Notes: a model not told the origin generated them from the sequence alone. A stretch of DNA of 64,000 nucleotides from Bdellovibrionales bacterium (GCA_020850475.1 JADZEO010000146.1:213-64212); one strand, 5' to 3'. Positions 39,167 through 48,849 are shown, counted from the stretch's first letter. Translations and numbers: made by a program.

Positions 39167-40191
39167 GGCCCCACCTCATTTAAGATGGGTTTTTTGCGAG
39201 ACGCATAGAGTACCGCCCCCACGAGTCCCCAAACTAATAGACCGATTTGAAAAGCGGTGATCACGGTTTGACCCAAAATGGTGTCGGTACCCGTGTACAT
39301 CTTAAACAAGGCCAAGAAGGCCAGCTGACCCACACCAATCCCGCCCGGGGCGATGGGAATGGCCATAATGATAAATCCGAGAGGTACGGCAAAAAAGTAA
39401 GTCGCGAGCGAAACCTGTTCACCGATGGCCCAGCCCACATAGGCCATACCCACCACCGCGATAGCCTGGGCGATTAAACTCACAATGATGGCTTTCACTA
39501 AGGCGGCGCGACTCTCGCCGTATGAGTGAACTGCCGTGTAAAGCTTAACCAAGAAAGTCCCGCCCGGAATCTTGTCTGAGTATTGAAGAATGGGATTTTT
39601 GGCCTTTACTCGCGAGGAAAACATTAAGCCCAGTACAAAAGTCATCGCCAATAGTACGCCCATTGCCATCGCGGCAATTTGCATGAGCACCAGACGCGAG
39701 GACACAAAGCCAATATTGAACAAAATCGTCAAGACGGCCAGGAGCACCATGGAGTAAAGACCGAGAATGCGATCCATAATCACTGTGGTAGCGGCAGCCA
39801 CGCGACGCCCTGGGTGATCTTGAGCCACGTAGTATCCCTTGACCAAATCTCCACCCACCGCACCTGGAATTGCGAAGTTAAAAAACATTCCAATCAAGGT
39901 AAGTGGGAAACTCACCTTAAAGCGACCGGGCAGGTTTTGCGACTGAAGCAAGATGGACCAGCGATAATTGTTCAAGGCCAAATTGAGAAAAATGAAACCC
40001 AGCCCCATCGACACATGAAGTGGGGTCAGAAGTTGCCCGAGGACAGAAAAATCCAATAGCCCCTTATTGACCATCCAGTAGATGAGCCCTACTGAGATTC
40101 CAAACTTTAAGATTTTGGCGGAAACACCCTTGACTGACGCCGCCATACGACCTCGCGCTGACTGGTTGACATGCCCTAGCAATTGTTTCAT
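39163..40191 (-). CDS. UPF0104 / lysylphosphatidylglycerol-synthase-TM-region-like integral membrane protein
   Basis: 342 aa with about 8 TM helices. The pattern (NNYRWSILL..., GAVGGDLVKGYY) is typical of the flippase-like UPF0104 family. An alternative start is at 40146. Confidence 0.8.
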   Translation of the reverse strand: MKQLLGHVNQSARGRMAASVKGVSAKILKFGISVGLIYWMVNKGLLDFSVLGQLLTPLHVSMGLGFIFLNLALNNYRWSILLQSQNLPGRFKVSFPLTLIGMFFNFAIPGAVGGDLVKGYYVAQDHPGRRVAAATTVIMDRILGLYSMVLLAVLTILFNIGFVSSRLVLMQIAAMAMGVLLAMTFVLGLMFSSRVKAKNPILQYSDKIPGGTFLVKLYTAVHSYGESRAALVKAIIVSLIAQAIAVVGMAYVGWAIGEQVSLATYFFAVPLGFIIMAIPIAPGGIGVGQLAFLALFKMYTGTDTILGQTVITAFQIGLLVWGLVGAVLYASRKKPILNEVGP

Positions 40192-40228
40192 TACTACTTG
40201 GATTTCAACCCCTTGCCAAGGAGAGATA

Positions 40229-41545
40229 ATGGATATTGCCGTCGTGGGAACCGGTTATGTCGGACTCGTGGCAGGGGTATGTTTTGCTGACGCAGGACAT
40301 CGCGTAATCTGTGTCGATTCCAATAGTGAAAAAATCAAGGTTCTGCAAAGTGGCCAACTTCCTTTTTATGAACCCGGCCTGAGCGATTTGTTTGTCCGCA
40401 ATCGCAAACGCATGGAGTTTGTTCATTCGGTTGGTGAAGCGACGAAACGCTGTGATCTGATTTTTGTGGCAGTTGGAACGCCGGAGCTTCCCGATGGCAG
40501 TGCGGACATGAGCTTTACCTACAATGTGCTCAAAGAAATTTGCCAGTCTGCAGATCGTAGCAAGACGGTTGTCCTTAAGAGTACCGTGCCGATTGGCACG
40601 GCTAACCGAGCTCGTGAGTTCTGCAAGAAAGAGTGCTCCCAAGCGATTGAGATTGTGAATAACCCTGAGTTTTTGCGACAAGGAGCTGCGGTCCGCGATT
40701 TCATGAATCCCGACCGCGTGGTTATCGGCTGTCAGAGTGAAACCGCCCGCCAGTTGATGGCCAAACTTTACGAGCCTTTTATCCGCAACGGACAGCCCTT
40801 GTTGTTCATGGACAATACGTCGGCCGAAACCACCAAGTATGCCGCCAACTCTTTTTTGGCGCTGAAAATCAGTTTTATTAATGAACTTGCTTTGCTCGCC
40901 GATAAAGTCGGCGCGGATATCAATGAAGTCCGACGAGGATTCACCTCGGATTCTCGCATTAACCCAGCGTTTTTTTACCCAGGCATTGGCTATGGGGGCA
41001 GTTGCTTTCCTAAAGATGTGCGGGCCCTCCGACGAACGGCCGAAGAGCATGATCTGGATTTGATGTTACTTAAGGCCGTTGATGAAGTGAATGAGCGGCA
41101 AAAGACCATTCTTGCCCAACGACTAAAGAAGCGGTTGGGCGATCTGCGCGGCAAAACCATTGCAATTTGGGGTCTCAGTTTTAAACCTGAGACCGATGAT
41201 GTACGACGAGCTCCAAGCCTCAAGCTGATTGAAGAATTGGTCGGCCAAGGAGCCAAGGTCAAAGCGTATGACCCCGTCGCCATCCCAAATGCGGTGAGCT
41301 CTTGTGCTGTTCCCTTTCATGCCGTCGCCAGCGCCCGCGAAGCGGTGGAGGGAGCCGACGCCCTGGCCCTGGTCACCGAGTGGAATGAATTTAAGAGTTT
41401 CGATTTGATTGAACTAAAAAAACTGATGCGCACTCCGCTGATTTTTGACGGACGCAATCTTTACGATCCAGCGCAATTGGCAGCACTTGGAATTGAATAC
41501 TACGGCATCGGTCGTCAATTGCTGGCGAAAGCTCCAAACCTCTAG
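40229..41545 (+). CDS. ugd: UDP-glucose 6-dehydrogenase
   Basis: The true start MDIAVVGTGYVGLV is at 40229, with GGAGAG upstream; the track ORF begins at 40082. Catalytic Cys motif GGSCFPKD. 438 aa. Confidence 0.95.
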   Translation: MDIAVVGTGYVGLVAGVCFADAGHRVICVDSNSEKIKVLQSGQLPFYEPGLSDLFVRNRKRMEFVHSVGEATKRCDLIFVAVGTPELPDGSADMSFTYNVLKEICQSADRSKTVVLKSTVPIGTANRAREFCKKECSQAIEIVNNPEFLRQGAAVRDFMNPDRVVIGCQSETARQLMAKLYEPFIRNGQPLLFMDNTSAETTKYAANSFLALKISFINELALLADKVGADINEVRRGFTSDSRINPAFFYPGIGYGGSCFPKDVRALRRTAEEHDLDLMLLKAVDEVNERQKTILAQRLKKRLGDLRGKTIAIWGLSFKPETDDVRRAPSLKLIEELVGQGAKVKAYDPVAIPNAVSSCAVPFHAVASAREAVEGADALALVTEWNEFKSFDLIELKKLMRTPLIFDGRNLYDPAQLAALGIEYYGIGRQLLAKAPNL

Positions 41546-41551
41546 TTGAGT

Positions 41552-42580
41552 TCAAAATCCTTGCAGGCTGCGAACCTTGCCGATGACCCGTTCAAGGGTT
41601 TGAGTAAAGGCGGGAGTCAACTCTGAAGCCGGGACAATGAGTGACCCGCGGATTTGCAGGTCAGTGAGACCTTGATGTTTCAGCCAGTCCATGGTGCGCA
41701 GTCCACCCCAGCGACTGAGACTGGTGGTCTCAAATCGCGTTTCTAGACCCGCGGGAGCCAGATTACGCCCTTGCTCCTGAGCCAGAAAGTGAATAACCGC
41801 ATGACCGTCGAGATCTCCCCAATAGACGGCAGCGCGGTCACCAAGACGACCTACTTGCGAATTCCAGAGAGCTGACCCACCCCCTGGCACGGCGGACTCA
41901 AAGCTTCGCACGGCATTTTGTTCTGTCTCGGTCGGCGGTTTCGGCGGTAACCAGAGTGGGGCCAAATCAAATTCCAGCCAATCCAAGAGGGGACTCATGG
42001 CACTGCCGAGTTTGGCTTTACTGCCCAGGTGGGCGACCGCCAAGTTTTGGCGATAGGCACGGATCTCGATGGTGTAAGGTGAACCGTGTTCCGACCAAAC
42101 CGGGTGAGGCACTTGCCGATGAAGGTGATGATTCACCTGAACCAAGAAGGCCTTCTTCTTGTCACACCAGGCGGCCAACTGACCCTGGGCAAATTTTCGC
42201 CCGGTCAGCGGCTCGTCTAAGGAAACCAACACGAGCAACGTATCAAGGTCGATCTGTTGTTCCAATTGAGTCGGTTGACTCAATTCCGATATGGGCAGCG
42301 CCGTAACTTCGAATCCGTCACGCATCAAAGTGGAAATGGCCGCTACATGAAAGGGATCTTGATGGGCAAAACAGATCACCTTACGACGATGGGGGAACAG
42401 GCGCGCCGCCCCCTGAGTCACTTCCCAAACAGCGGCCTCTACTCCCCGATAAACGCGGACTTCTTCGCGCGCCTCTGGACCCAAGAGTTTGTTGGTCACC
42501 TCGCGATTGAGGTGATCCCACTGGTCGTTCGGTCTCAAGTCAGTTAACACGGTCCAGCCTCCCGACTTCATTCTAGTCAA
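41552..42580 (-). CDS. Hypothetical protein with by-eye resemblance to class V aminotransferase/cysteine desulfurase fold but degenerate PLP motifs
   Basis: 342 aa. Its order of segments parallels NifS/IscS (G.xEA..., KVICFAHQDPFHV, DGFEVTALP, TLLVLVSLDEPLTG, AFLVQVNHH, VAHLGSKAKLG), but the D..Q and S.HK signatures are not conserved. Confidence 0.6.
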   Translation of the reverse strand: MTRMKSGGWTVLTDLRPNDQWDHLNREVTNKLLGPEAREEVRVYRGVEAAVWEVTQGAARLFPHRRKVICFAHQDPFHVAAISTLMRDGFEVTALPISELSQPTQLEQQIDLDTLLVLVSLDEPLTGRKFAQGQLAAWCDKKKAFLVQVNHHLHRQVPHPVWSEHGSPYTIEIRAYRQNLAVAHLGSKAKLGSAMSPLLDWLEFDLAPLWLPPKPPTETEQNAVRSFESAVPGGGSALWNSQVGRLGDRAAVYWGDLDGHAVIHFLAQEQGRNLAPAGLETRFETTSLSRWGGLRTMDWLKHQGLTDLQIRGSLIVPASELTPAFTQTLERVIGKVRSLQGF

Positions 42581-42702
42581 GGCCTTGGGCTCTGCCTATA
42601 ACCCCACCTGTGAACGCGACCAAAGACCAAGACCATGGGCCTACCTTGTGACCTCCGTGCGCCCCGTTTAAGCTAATTGCTGAACCTACGAAGGAGAGCT
42701 CT

Positions 42703-43290
42703 ATGAAACTCAATTTGACCGTGAAAACACTCGCGCTGACTTTGGGGCTATTGATCGGCTTGGCCGTCGCACAACCCGCCAGCGCCCTCATCCAAATTCG
42801 CGCCAGCTACGGATTGCAAACGGTAAATCCAGACCAAATCGGCTCTTACCCGACCCTCTCAAAGCTAACGGGAATGAGTGCTGACCTCATTATCTCACCG
42901 CCCCTGTTCCCTTTGGCCTTTGGAGTTCGCCATGAAATTCTTGGTTCCGAAGAATCCAACAGCTACGGCAAACTGTCGGTTGACGTGACCAGGACTTCGG
43001 GGCTCGTGTCGTTTCGCTTGCTCGATACGCTTATTTTTGTCGGCGCGATCGGTACCATCGGAGTTTCCCATGGTGGTGAAACGAAGCTCGAAATCAGCGG
43101 AGGAGGAACCACCACGGCGGACAACGACATCAGTGGCTCCTATTCTGTGGGCGTCGAAGCGGGAGTCAAACTCGTGGGATTTTTGGTTGGAGCTGAGCTC
43201 GGTTACATGGGACTGACCACTGGAAAAAGCCCCAACGAGCAAAAACTCGATGGAGCTTACACCAAAGTTCATGTTGGACTGGATTTTTAG
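42703..43290 (+). CDS. Small outer-membrane beta-barrel protein
   Basis: 195 aa with signal peptide (LLIGLAVAQPASA), alternating hydrophobic strands and the terminal VHVGLDF. Strong SD (GAAGGAGA). Confidence 0.7.
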   Translation: MKLNLTVKTLALTLGLLIGLAVAQPASALIQIRASYGLQTVNPDQIGSYPTLSKLTGMSADLIISPPLFPLAFGVRHEILGSEESNSYGKLSVDVTRTSGLVSFRLLDTLIFVGAIGTIGVSHGGETKLEISGGGTTTADNDISGSYSVGVEAGVKLVGFLVGAELGYMGLTTGKSPNEQKLDGAYTKVHVGLDF

Positions 43291-43332
43291 TTCAACCTTA
43301 GAGGCGCGGCTGGCTCTGACTTAGACTGAGTA

Positions 43333-43857
43333 TTAGATGCCGAATTTGTGCCGTTCCTCATCGTCCACCCGACTCAAAATGCCGCCCTTTAACTGAGGGC
43401 GGTAGGCCAGGTGCTGAATATCGTAGGAAAAACTTGAGCCATTAAGCCCTGCGGTTTGCCACTCTGGCCCCATGCGCACGGCATCGACCGGGCAAGCCTC
43501 TTCGCAATATCCGCAAAACACGCAACGAAGAATATCGATTTCATATTTGATCGGATACTTCTCAACTCGCTGATCAGCGCTCTCGGCTGCAACAATTGAG
43601 ATGCATTGGGCGGGGCAATTGGTCGCGCAAAGCATACAGGCTGTGCAGCGGATTGAACCGTCTTTTTTTACCGTCAAAATATGATTGCCCTTGAACCGAG
43701 GTCCGTACTGGTACACTTCCTCAGGATAGTTCAGAGTCGGCATTTTCTTTTTATCAAACAGATTGCGAATCATGTATTTCAGGGTGAGCCACAATCCACT
43801 GAGGATACCAGGCAAGTACCAGGTCGAAATTGCTCCAGGCTTATTCACGATGCTCAT
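43333..43857 (-). CDS. nuoI: NADH-quinone oxidoreductase subunit I
   Basis: 174 aa with two CxxCxxCxxxCP ferredoxin motifs (CTACMLCATNCP, CVFCGYCEEACP). The start overlaps the nuoG stop. Confidence 0.93.
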   Translation of the reverse strand: MSIVNKPGAISTWYLPGILSGLWLTLKYMIRNLFDKKKMPTLNYPEEVYQYGPRFKGNHILTVKKDGSIRCTACMLCATNCPAQCISIVAAESADQRVEKYPIKYEIDILRCVFCGYCEEACPVDAVRMGPEWQTAGLNGSSFSYDIQHLAYRPQLKGGILSRVDDEERHKFGI

Positions 43858-45410
43858 AAAGATCCTCGCTCACCGACGAAGAAGTTGGTCTTTTTCCAAT
43901 TCAACTCGAATTTACCCATGGGTACGGCCTTCTCCCGGCCACTCATCACCGCAACCGCTTGGTCAACACTCACGGCAGCCGGAATCAGCGTCGCGATCTT
44001 CCGAAGGGTTTGCTTGCGGCCTTGGGCATTCACCAAAGTTCCGTCTTTTTCAAAGAAGGATTTCAACGGAATCTGCCAAGTAGCAGTGGTCACTTGGTCG
44101 ACAGCGGCAACTCGCGCGGAAGACAACCAAACCAGGCGCTTGGCCTTAGCAAACAACTTTAGTTTCGCCGCCAAATCCGGGAAAACTCCCGGATCCTCAG
44201 GGCCGACCACCATCAGAGTCTCAATTTCATGGCTGTTCAACTTACCTTCCAGTTGCGCCCAGGTCGCGCTCACCTTTTCTGAGGCCAGAAGACTCAAAAG
44301 CCCTTTGGTGTTGGGGTTGCGATCACCACGAAACAACAGCCCATCGAACTTTTCCATTTCTTCTGGGTTATTGATCCAGTGATAGATGTCGCGACTGTTG
44401 AGGTCGGATAAAAAGAATTTCACTGCCGCAGTCAGTTCCTCGAGAGTCTGCTGTCCCGTCAACACCAAGGCGACTTTGGAATGATGCGAGTCACGAACTG
44501 AAGCGCGGATGGCCTCGCCCGCCTCACGTAGAGCCTCGGCGATATCTTTGACCTGCCAGTTGCCGACTTGTCCCCAACGCGCTTCCTGCAGCCTGGCCTC
44601 GGGATTGACATGCTTGTAAATGTCGCGACCCTTGTCACACATCCAATAGCCATTTACCTCAGGATTGTGTTCCGGCTTAATTCGGAAGAGACCTTCTTCG
44701 TTGTAATAAACCCGAATTTTGCAACCGGTGGAGCACCCCGTACAAATACTGGATGCATCCTTGAGATACCAAACCCTTTGGCGGAATCGAAAATCTTTAG
44801 ACGTCAAAGCCCCAACCGGGCAGATGTCGACTGTATTCATCGAATAATTGTTATTCAAAGGCTTGTCTTCAAAAGTTCCGATTTCGGCGTGGTCGCCGCG
44901 ATTGAATATTCCCAACTCATTGGTTTTGGTGATTTCGGAAGTGAAGCGGACACAGCGCGAGCACAAAATGCACCGCTCGCTATCCAAGACCACCCGTTCA
45001 CCCAGGCTTACGACCTTACGCTTTTTCACCTTTTGCTCAGACATCTCGGGCGTGTATTTGCCAAACTTCATGTACTGGTCTTGCAAACCACACTCACCTG
45101 CTTGATCACAAATCGGACAATCCAGAGGATGATTAATCAGATGAAAGTTGAGGCCCCAGCGAACCGCCTCTTTGACTTTGTCGGAGTTATTTCGCGCCGA
45201 CATACCTTCAGTGACCACCGTGTTACAGGCGATCTGCATCCGCGGATTGCCTTCGATTTCGACCATGCAAAGACGGCAAACCCCGGCGGTCGGCAGTCCG
45301 GGATGGTAGCAGTAATGAGCGATATCCTCGCCGGCTTGTTTGAAAGCATCAATCAACATCGTCCCGGGCTTCACTTCAATTTCTTTGCCGTTTAATTTGA
45401 CCTTAGGCAT
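43854..45410 (-). CDS. nuoG: NADH-quinone oxidoreductase subunit G (short, 518 aa)
   Basis: N-terminal 2Fe-2S (CYHPGLPTAGVCRLCMVE) and 4Fe-4S motifs (HPLDCPICDQAGEC, CILCSRCVRF, CPVGAL). The molybdopterin-like C-terminal region is truncated. Confidence 0.93.
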   Translation of the reverse strand: MPKVKLNGKEIEVKPGTMLIDAFKQAGEDIAHYCYHPGLPTAGVCRLCMVEIEGNPRMQIACNTVVTEGMSARNNSDKVKEAVRWGLNFHLINHPLDCPICDQAGECGLQDQYMKFGKYTPEMSEQKVKKRKVVSLGERVVLDSERCILCSRCVRFTSEITKTNELGIFNRGDHAEIGTFEDKPLNNNYSMNTVDICPVGALTSKDFRFRQRVWYLKDASSICTGCSTGCKIRVYYNEEGLFRIKPEHNPEVNGYWMCDKGRDIYKHVNPEARLQEARWGQVGNWQVKDIAEALREAGEAIRASVRDSHHSKVALVLTGQQTLEELTAAVKFFLSDLNSRDIYHWINNPEEMEKFDGLLFRGDRNPNTKGLLSLLASEKVSATWAQLEGKLNSHEIETLMVVGPEDPGVFPDLAAKLKLFAKAKRLVWLSSARVAAVDQVTTATWQIPLKSFFEKDGTLVNAQGRKQTLRKIATLIPAAVSVDQAVAVMSGREKAVPMGKFELNWKKTNFFVGERGSL

Positions 45411-46680
45411 GGAGATGGCCTTTCACTTTAGAACGTCCCTCGCGCACGAAAAACTCAAACTCATCGCGAAATTTTTCGACAAAACTGATGGCTGGCATGG
45501 CGGCGGCGTCACTCAATGCGCAAATCGTTCGCCCCATCATCTGCCGCGACACCCGCGGAATCAAGTCTACGTCCTGGAGTCGACCTTCACCGCTGACAAT
45601 GCTGTGGACAATTTTGTGCAACCAACCGGTGCCCTCTCGGCACGGGGTGCACTGACCGCAAGACTCGTGGTGATAAAAATGCATAATCACTTTGAGCAAG
45701 TCGACCATGCAGTTGCTGTCATCAATCACTATCACCGCGCCCGAGCCCAGCATCGTGCCCATGCCTTGGAGACACTCATAATCCATGGTCGCCTTCATGG
45801 CCTCTTCGGCCGTCAGCACTGGGGCTGACGAGCCTCCCGGAATAACGGCCTTGAGACGCCGACCCGGGTCCAGTCCGCCGCACTCGACCTGAATCAAGTC
45901 AGCCAAGGGGTAGCCGAGGGGAACTTCATAAACTCCCGGCTTTTTAACATTGCCACTGACGGAAAACAGTTTGGTGCCAGGAGATTTTTCTGTACCAAAT
46001 TTGCGATAGGCTGCGGCCCCGTCGCGAAGTATCAGGCTAACGGCGGCCAAGGTTTCGACATTGTTCACAATGGTGGGTTTGGCCAAATACCCTTGCACGG
46101 CCGGAAAGGGCGGCTTCAATTTAGGCTGCCCTTTTTTGCCTTCAAGTGAAGAAATCATTCCGGTCTCTTCGCCACAGATGTAAGCACCCGCGCCGGAGTA
46201 AACGTCCATATCGTGGGTAAAACCAGAGCCCAGAATATTCTTGCCCAAAAAGCCCGCATCGTAGGCTTCGCGAATCGCCTTCTCCAGTTTGCGGATGCAC
46301 ATTTGGTATTCGCCCCGCACGTAGATGTACGACTTGGCTGATTTAACCGCAAAGGCAGAAATGATCATCCCTTCAATCAGCTGATGAGGCGCGCGCTCGA
46401 GCATGATGCGATCTTTGAAAGTGCCAGGCTCACCCTCGTCAGCATTGCAAAGCAAATAGCGAGGTTCACCGTTTTCGGGGAGGAAGGTCCACTTGGTTCC
46501 CGTGGGAAATCCCGCACCACCACGCCCGCGCAACCCCGACGCCTTGACTTCGTCGATGATGGCTTTGGGCTCCATTTTGAGTGCCCTTTTAAGTACCTCA
46601 TAGCCACCGAGATTCAGGTAGCCCTTGAGTGAGACATATTCAGGTTTGTCATAATGTTGCGACAGAAGTTTGGTTTCCAT
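45403..46680 (-). CDS. nuoF: NADH-quinone oxidoreductase subunit F
   Basis: 425 aa with GRGGAGFPTG, GAGAYICGEETGMISSLEG and ESCGQCTPCREG. Confidence 0.97.
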   Translation of the reverse strand: METKLLSQHYDKPEYVSLKGYLNLGGYEVLKRALKMEPKAIIDEVKASGLRGRGGAGFPTGTKWTFLPENGEPRYLLCNADEGEPGTFKDRIMLERAPHQLIEGMIISAFAVKSAKSYIYVRGEYQMCIRKLEKAIREAYDAGFLGKNILGSGFTHDMDVYSGAGAYICGEETGMISSLEGKKGQPKLKPPFPAVQGYLAKPTIVNNVETLAAVSLILRDGAAAYRKFGTEKSPGTKLFSVSGNVKKPGVYEVPLGYPLADLIQVECGGLDPGRRLKAVIPGGSSAPVLTAEEAMKATMDYECLQGMGTMLGSGAVIVIDDSNCMVDLLKVIMHFYHHESCGQCTPCREGTGWLHKIVHSIVSGEGRLQDVDLIPRVSRQMMGRTICALSDAAAMPAISFVEKFRDEFEFFVREGRSKVKGHLHA

Positions 46681-46684
46681 CTTC

Positions 46685-47158
46685 TCACTCCAACTCGCGT
46701 AAAATTTTGACCGCTTTGTCGGCGCTCAAATTTTCATAATAATCGTCATTCACTTGCATCATGGGCGCCGTTCCGCAGGAGCCCAGACACTCGACTCGGC
46801 TGACGGTGTAGCGACGGTCTTTGGAGACCGCGCCTTCTTCAACGCCGAGCGACTGGCAAATCTTGTCGGTCATTTCACGCCCGCCCGCCATTGCACAGGA
46901 GATGTTGCAACAAACCTGAACATGGTATTTGCCCACCGGCTGCTTGTTAAACATGGTGTAGAAGGTGGCGACTTCTTGCACCCAGCGCTCCGGGACGTCC
47001 ATGAGCTGCGCCAAATAAGCGATGCTCTCTGGACTCACCCAACCGCCATTTTCTTTTTGAACCCGAAACAAACAGGGAATAACGGCCGAGCGCTTGGTCT
47101 CATACCTCGTCATTTCTTTTTTTACGAACTCGATACCTTCGCGAGACAACTCAAACAT
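46685..47158 (-). CDS. nuoE: NADH-quinone oxidoreductase subunit E
   Basis: 157 aa, thioredoxin-like 2Fe-2S subunit (VCCNISCAMAG...ECLGSCGTAP). Confidence 0.95.
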   Translation of the reverse strand: MFELSREGIEFVKKEMTRYETKRSAVIPCLFRVQKENGGWVSPESIAYLAQLMDVPERWVQEVATFYTMFNKQPVGKYHVQVCCNISCAMAGGREMTDKICQSLGVEEGAVSKDRRYTVSRVECLGSCGTAPMMQVNDDYYENLSADKAVKILRELE

Positions 47159-47169
47159 GATTTTGTTCC

Positions 47170-47841
47170 TTATCTATCCAATTCACCGGCAATGACGTTC
47201 TGGCTCCCCAAAATCGCGATCACATCGGCGACTAACCCGCCAGTGATCTGCTCTGAGAAACTTTGATAAATCGCAAAACAAGGCGGACGAACTTTCAATC
47301 GGTAGGGATGGGCCGAACCATCACTGATCAGCCAAAAGCCCAATTCTCCGTTGGCCCCTTCGGTGGCATCATAGATCTCACCCGGTGCCGGCCTGAGACC
47401 CTTCATTACTAAGACAAAATGGTTCATCAGGCCTTCGATGTTGCCATAGACGTCTTTTTTCTCGGGGAGAACAATATCCCGATCTCGAATGGTGTAGTCC
47501 CCGCCGGGAACATTCTTCGCCACCTGCTCGATGATTTTGATGGACTCGCGCATCTCGGCCACTCTCACCAAGTAGCGGTCTAAGACATCACCACTGGTAC
47601 CGATCGGAACCTGGAAATCAATCGTGTTGTAGCCGTAATAAGGATCCGCTTTGCGCAAATCAAGACTGACACCCGTCGCCCGCAGGAGCGGACCGGTGTA
47701 GCCCCACTGAATGGCGTTTTCCGGACTGATGGCTCCGACATCCTTGGTTCGCTGAATCCAAATCTTATTCCCAGTGAGAAGAATGTCGAGATCGTCAACG
47801 CCCTTGCGCATGTCCTTACAAAACTGCAGGACCTCATCCAT
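47170..47841 (-). CDS. nuoD: NADH-quinone oxidoreductase subunit D, C-terminal portion (downstream of the in-frame TAG)
   Basis: 223-aa ORF in the same frame as 47860..48846. The NuoD C-terminal sequence ends ...GSQNVIAGELDR. The codons between the TAG and this ATG read D-A-P-E-G-W and continue the NuoD alignment. Confidence 0.9.
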   Translation of the reverse strand: MDEVLQFCKDMRKGVDDLDILLTGNKIWIQRTKDVGAISPENAIQWGYTGPLLRATGVSLDLRKADPYYGYNTIDFQVPIGTSGDVLDRYLVRVAEMRESIKIIEQVAKNVPGGDYTIRDRDIVLPEKKDVYGNIEGLMNHFVLVMKGLRPAPGEIYDATEGANGELGFWLISDGSAHPYRLKVRPPCFAIYQSFSEQITGGLVADVIAILGSQNVIAGELDR

Positions 47842-47859
47842 CCAGCCCTCGGGCGCATC

Positions 47860-48846
47860 CTAGGCCATGCCCCCCACGCGAGTAAGAGCCACGGTCAGTC
47901 GCGCTCCACACAAGCGCTCAAACAAGGTGTAGACTCGCTCCCGATAAGTAAACAGATGAAAAAATCCCGTCAGCGCACCTAAGTCGACGGCATTGGCGCC
48001 GATGCAGACGATGTGATCAATAATTCGCGCCAGCTCCGAAAGAATGATTCGCATCGCTTGGGCCCGCGGCGGGATTTCAACTCCCAACAACTTCTCGACG
48101 GCTTTGCAATAACCGACGTTATTAATAGGCGCCGAACAGTAGTTCAAGCGGTCGGTATAAGGGATCACTTGATTGTAGGAGTGGGTCTCAGCCATTTTTT
48201 CAAAACAGCGATGCAAATAGCCGATCTCGACGTTGGCGCGATGAACCTTTTCGCCATCGAGTTGCGCCATCACCCGCAAGGTCCCATGAGTCGCCGGGTG
48301 CGACGGACCCAAGTTCAAAGGAACCACGTCGCGTCCGTCGTCAACAAAGTAAGGGTCCACATCAAAGTGAATGGGCAGCGCTTGCGTGCAGTGCTGTTGG
48401 TGGTCAGCACGATAATCTTTGCGCAACGGATGACCCACGAATTGATGGTGTGTCAAAAGACGACGAAGATTGGGGTGGCCTTCAAAGTGAATGCCCAGCA
48501 TATCCCAAGTTTCCCGCTCAAACCAATCGGCGCCCTTCCACAGAGGGGTTACCGTGGGAATCGACTCGCCCTCGCCCACTCGGGCCTTGAGCCGCAAGCG
48601 GTGAAAGGTTTTCGAAGAAAACAACTCATAGGCGACTTCAAAGCGCTGCTCGCGCTCGGGAAAATCCGCGCCCGCGACTTGCATTAAGAAATCAAAACGC
48701 CCCGTCCGTTTGAGGTGCTCCAGGATCGCGTAGACGCGGTCCTTAGGCGCTTCAATGACGTTGTTGCCATAGGCGTGAGTGAAAACAAAAGAATTGTTCG
48801 GAAACTTTTTTTGCAGATCTTCCCGCAGACTCTCTATGATGTTCAT
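47860..48846 (-). CDS. nuoC: Fused NADH-quinone oxidoreductase subunit C and N-terminal portion of subunit D, ending at an internal TAG
   Basis: 328 aa. NuoC part ([20 protein letters not shown]) runs directly into NuoD ([16 protein letters not shown]...YTDRLNYCS...). It stops at TAG 47862-47860, inside the conserved GG..D.PEGW region. Confidence 0.9.
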   Translation of the reverse strand: MNIIESLREDLQKKFPNNSFVFTHAYGNNVIEAPKDRVYAILEHLKRTGRFDFLMQVAGADFPEREQRFEVAYELFSSKTFHRLRLKARVGEGESIPTVTPLWKGADWFERETWDMLGIHFEGHPNLRRLLTHHQFVGHPLRKDYRADHQQHCTQALPIHFDVDPYFVDDGRDVVPLNLGPSHPATHGTLRVMAQLDGEKVHRANVEIGYLHRCFEKMAETHSYNQVIPYTDRLNYCSAPINNVGYCKAVEKLLGVEIPPRAQAMRIILSELARIIDHIVCIGANAVDLGALTGFFHLFTYRERVYTLFERLCGARLTVALTRVGGMA

Positions 48847-48849
48847 ATT

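Noticed and set aside
40192-40228. M-box (ykoK) Mg2+ riboswitch upstream of mgtE
   Set aside because: mgtE is translationally coupled to the upstream gene. The only non-coding DNA ahead of that unit is 37-82 bp, far too short for an M-box.
40205-41050. 281-aa minus-strand ORF, plus similar long antisense ORFs at 44568..45395, 48013..48687, 49874..50533 and 2..5 kb
   Set aside because: All are antisense to strongly supported conserved genes (ugd, nuoG, nuoCD, the S8 protease, rpoB). Their products have no recognisable features.
47860-47862. Reassigned or recoded TAG (pyrrolysine or a genetic-code variant) in nuoCD
   Set aside because: TAG clearly terminates other well-defined genes in this window (ugd at 41543-41545; the 34482 gene at 35202-35204). 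No pyl genes are present here. A mutation, sequencing error or split gene is more parsimonious.
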